A DNA stretch of 26,082 nt from positions 1-26,082 of the IMG/VR virus record IMGVR_UViG_3300037834_000030; one strand, written 5' to 3'. Under the pieces are notes generated by a model. That model did no database searches and was not told where the DNA came from. It was given only the letters and a program-made list of their open reading frames with translations. The stretch comes from a virus (lineage: Duplodnaviria > Caudoviricetes). A program made the translations under genes and the position numbers. Numbering within the stretch: the first letter of the stretch is position 1; each line of letters begins with the position of its first letter. This document shows positions 25,451 through 26,082 of this stretch, in pieces.

Positions 25451-25640
25451 CAGCAACCGGCTCTGGGCCGCGCAGCGCGTGGCAAACATCGAGGCGCGGC
25501 GACGGGCCAAAGAGGTCGGCAAGGTGGCGCTGATCGTCATCGTCACCGCCTTGGTGACGCTGGTGTTCACCGGTCACAAGTTCTCGTCTCAGTGCGGGCG
25601 AACGCTCATTTGCATCGAGCGGAGTGTGGTGGGGCGGTAA
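25437..25640 (+). CDS. Small single-TM protein at the end of the lysis cassette
   Basis: SD GGGAGGG; basic N-terminus then VALIVIVTALVTLVF. Confidence 0.6.
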   Translation: MARHSSNRLWAAQRVANIEARRRAKEVGKVALIVIVTALVTLVFTGHKFSSQCGRTLICIERSVVGR

Positions 25641-25647
25641 AGGCGTC

Positions 25648-26082
25648 TCAGGTCTCGGGTTGTTCGCGCTTCAGCATCAGCCAAGCCAGCTCCTTGGCGT
25701 ATTCCTGCGTAAGGCTGCCGATCACTGGAGTTTGATAGCCACTCCAGCATCCGAAGAAGGTGTCGGTCCAAGGCAGCAAAGCGACGTGGTCGAGATCGAA
25801 CCTGGTTGCGACTGCCAACCCCATGAGGCGCATGTCTGATGCGTTCTGGATGATAAGGTCCAGGTGTTCGCGATGCATCAGTTTCAGGTTCTTAGTCCCG
25901 TAGGCGACGCGCACGGCAACTTCACCTGTGCTTGCCCGGCGCAGCACGGACAAAACTAAAGCCGGACGGAGCTTTATCGATCCGTCCGGCTTAGGTTCTG
26001 ATTCAGGGAAGAAACAGGCGACGATATCGAACGCCGCCGGAGGCTTTGAAGGCCACTCAGCGGGAACGATACCCAAACCCAT
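25648..26082 (-). CDS. PemK/MazF-like toxin-fold protein (start at the window edge)
   Basis: FDIVACFFP...KLRPALVLSV...VRVAYGT, and GL..ATRFDL, matching the PemK-like pattern; convergent with the lysis genes. Confidence 0.7.
   Translation of the reverse strand: MGLGIVPAEWPSKPPAAFDIVACFFPESEPKPDGSIKLRPALVLSVLRRASTGEVAVRVAYGTKNLKLMHREHLDLIIQNASDMRLMGLAVATRFDLDHVALLPWTDTFFGCWSGYQTPVIGSLTQEYAKELAWLMLKREQPET

Larger units (their letters stand above)
1..26082 (+). mobile_element. HK97-like temperate siphophage/prophage segment (replication end plus whole late region)
   Basis: Canonical co-directional order HNH-terS-terL-portal-protease-capsid-neck-tail tube-TAC-TMP-tip-fibre-lysis, with many overlapping stop/start codons; no tail sheath gene. 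Boundaries lie outside the window. Confidence 0.97.

Noticed and set aside
1-26082. CRISPR array, tRNA, rRNA or IS element
   Set aside because: No regularly spaced repeats, cloverleaf, rRNA-like sequence or transposase detected by eye.

Overview
The window is the replication end and the complete late (morphogenesis and lysis) region of an HK97-type temperate siphophage or prophage. It is GC-rich, and the gene content suggests an alphaproteobacterial host (inference). The + strand order is: helicase C-terminus (cut by the window edge), Toprim primase-like gene, a ~635-nt non-coding and densely base-paired stretch, a putative late regulator (DUF6456/GafZ-like), a promoter plus terminator, HNH, the cos region, TerS, TerL, portal, prohead protease, major capsid, head-tail genes, tail tube, chaperones, tape measure, tail tip genes, an SGNH-domain tail spike, amidase endolysin, overlapping spanins and a holin. 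Several accessory genes (morons) lie on the - strand: an 88-aa protein, a 235-aa protein with a HEPN-like RX4H motif, a lipoprotein, a 49-aa membrane peptide and a PemK/MazF-like toxin. The strongest unexplained signal is the structured element at 1494-2127, with nested multibranch helices, four GNRA tetraloops and an end-to-end closing helix. It is a candidate large phage ncRNA coupled to the helicase-primase module. All calls come from motif recognition and manual pairing; no searches or folding programs were run. No integrase or att site is in the window, so prophage versus free phage cannot be decided.
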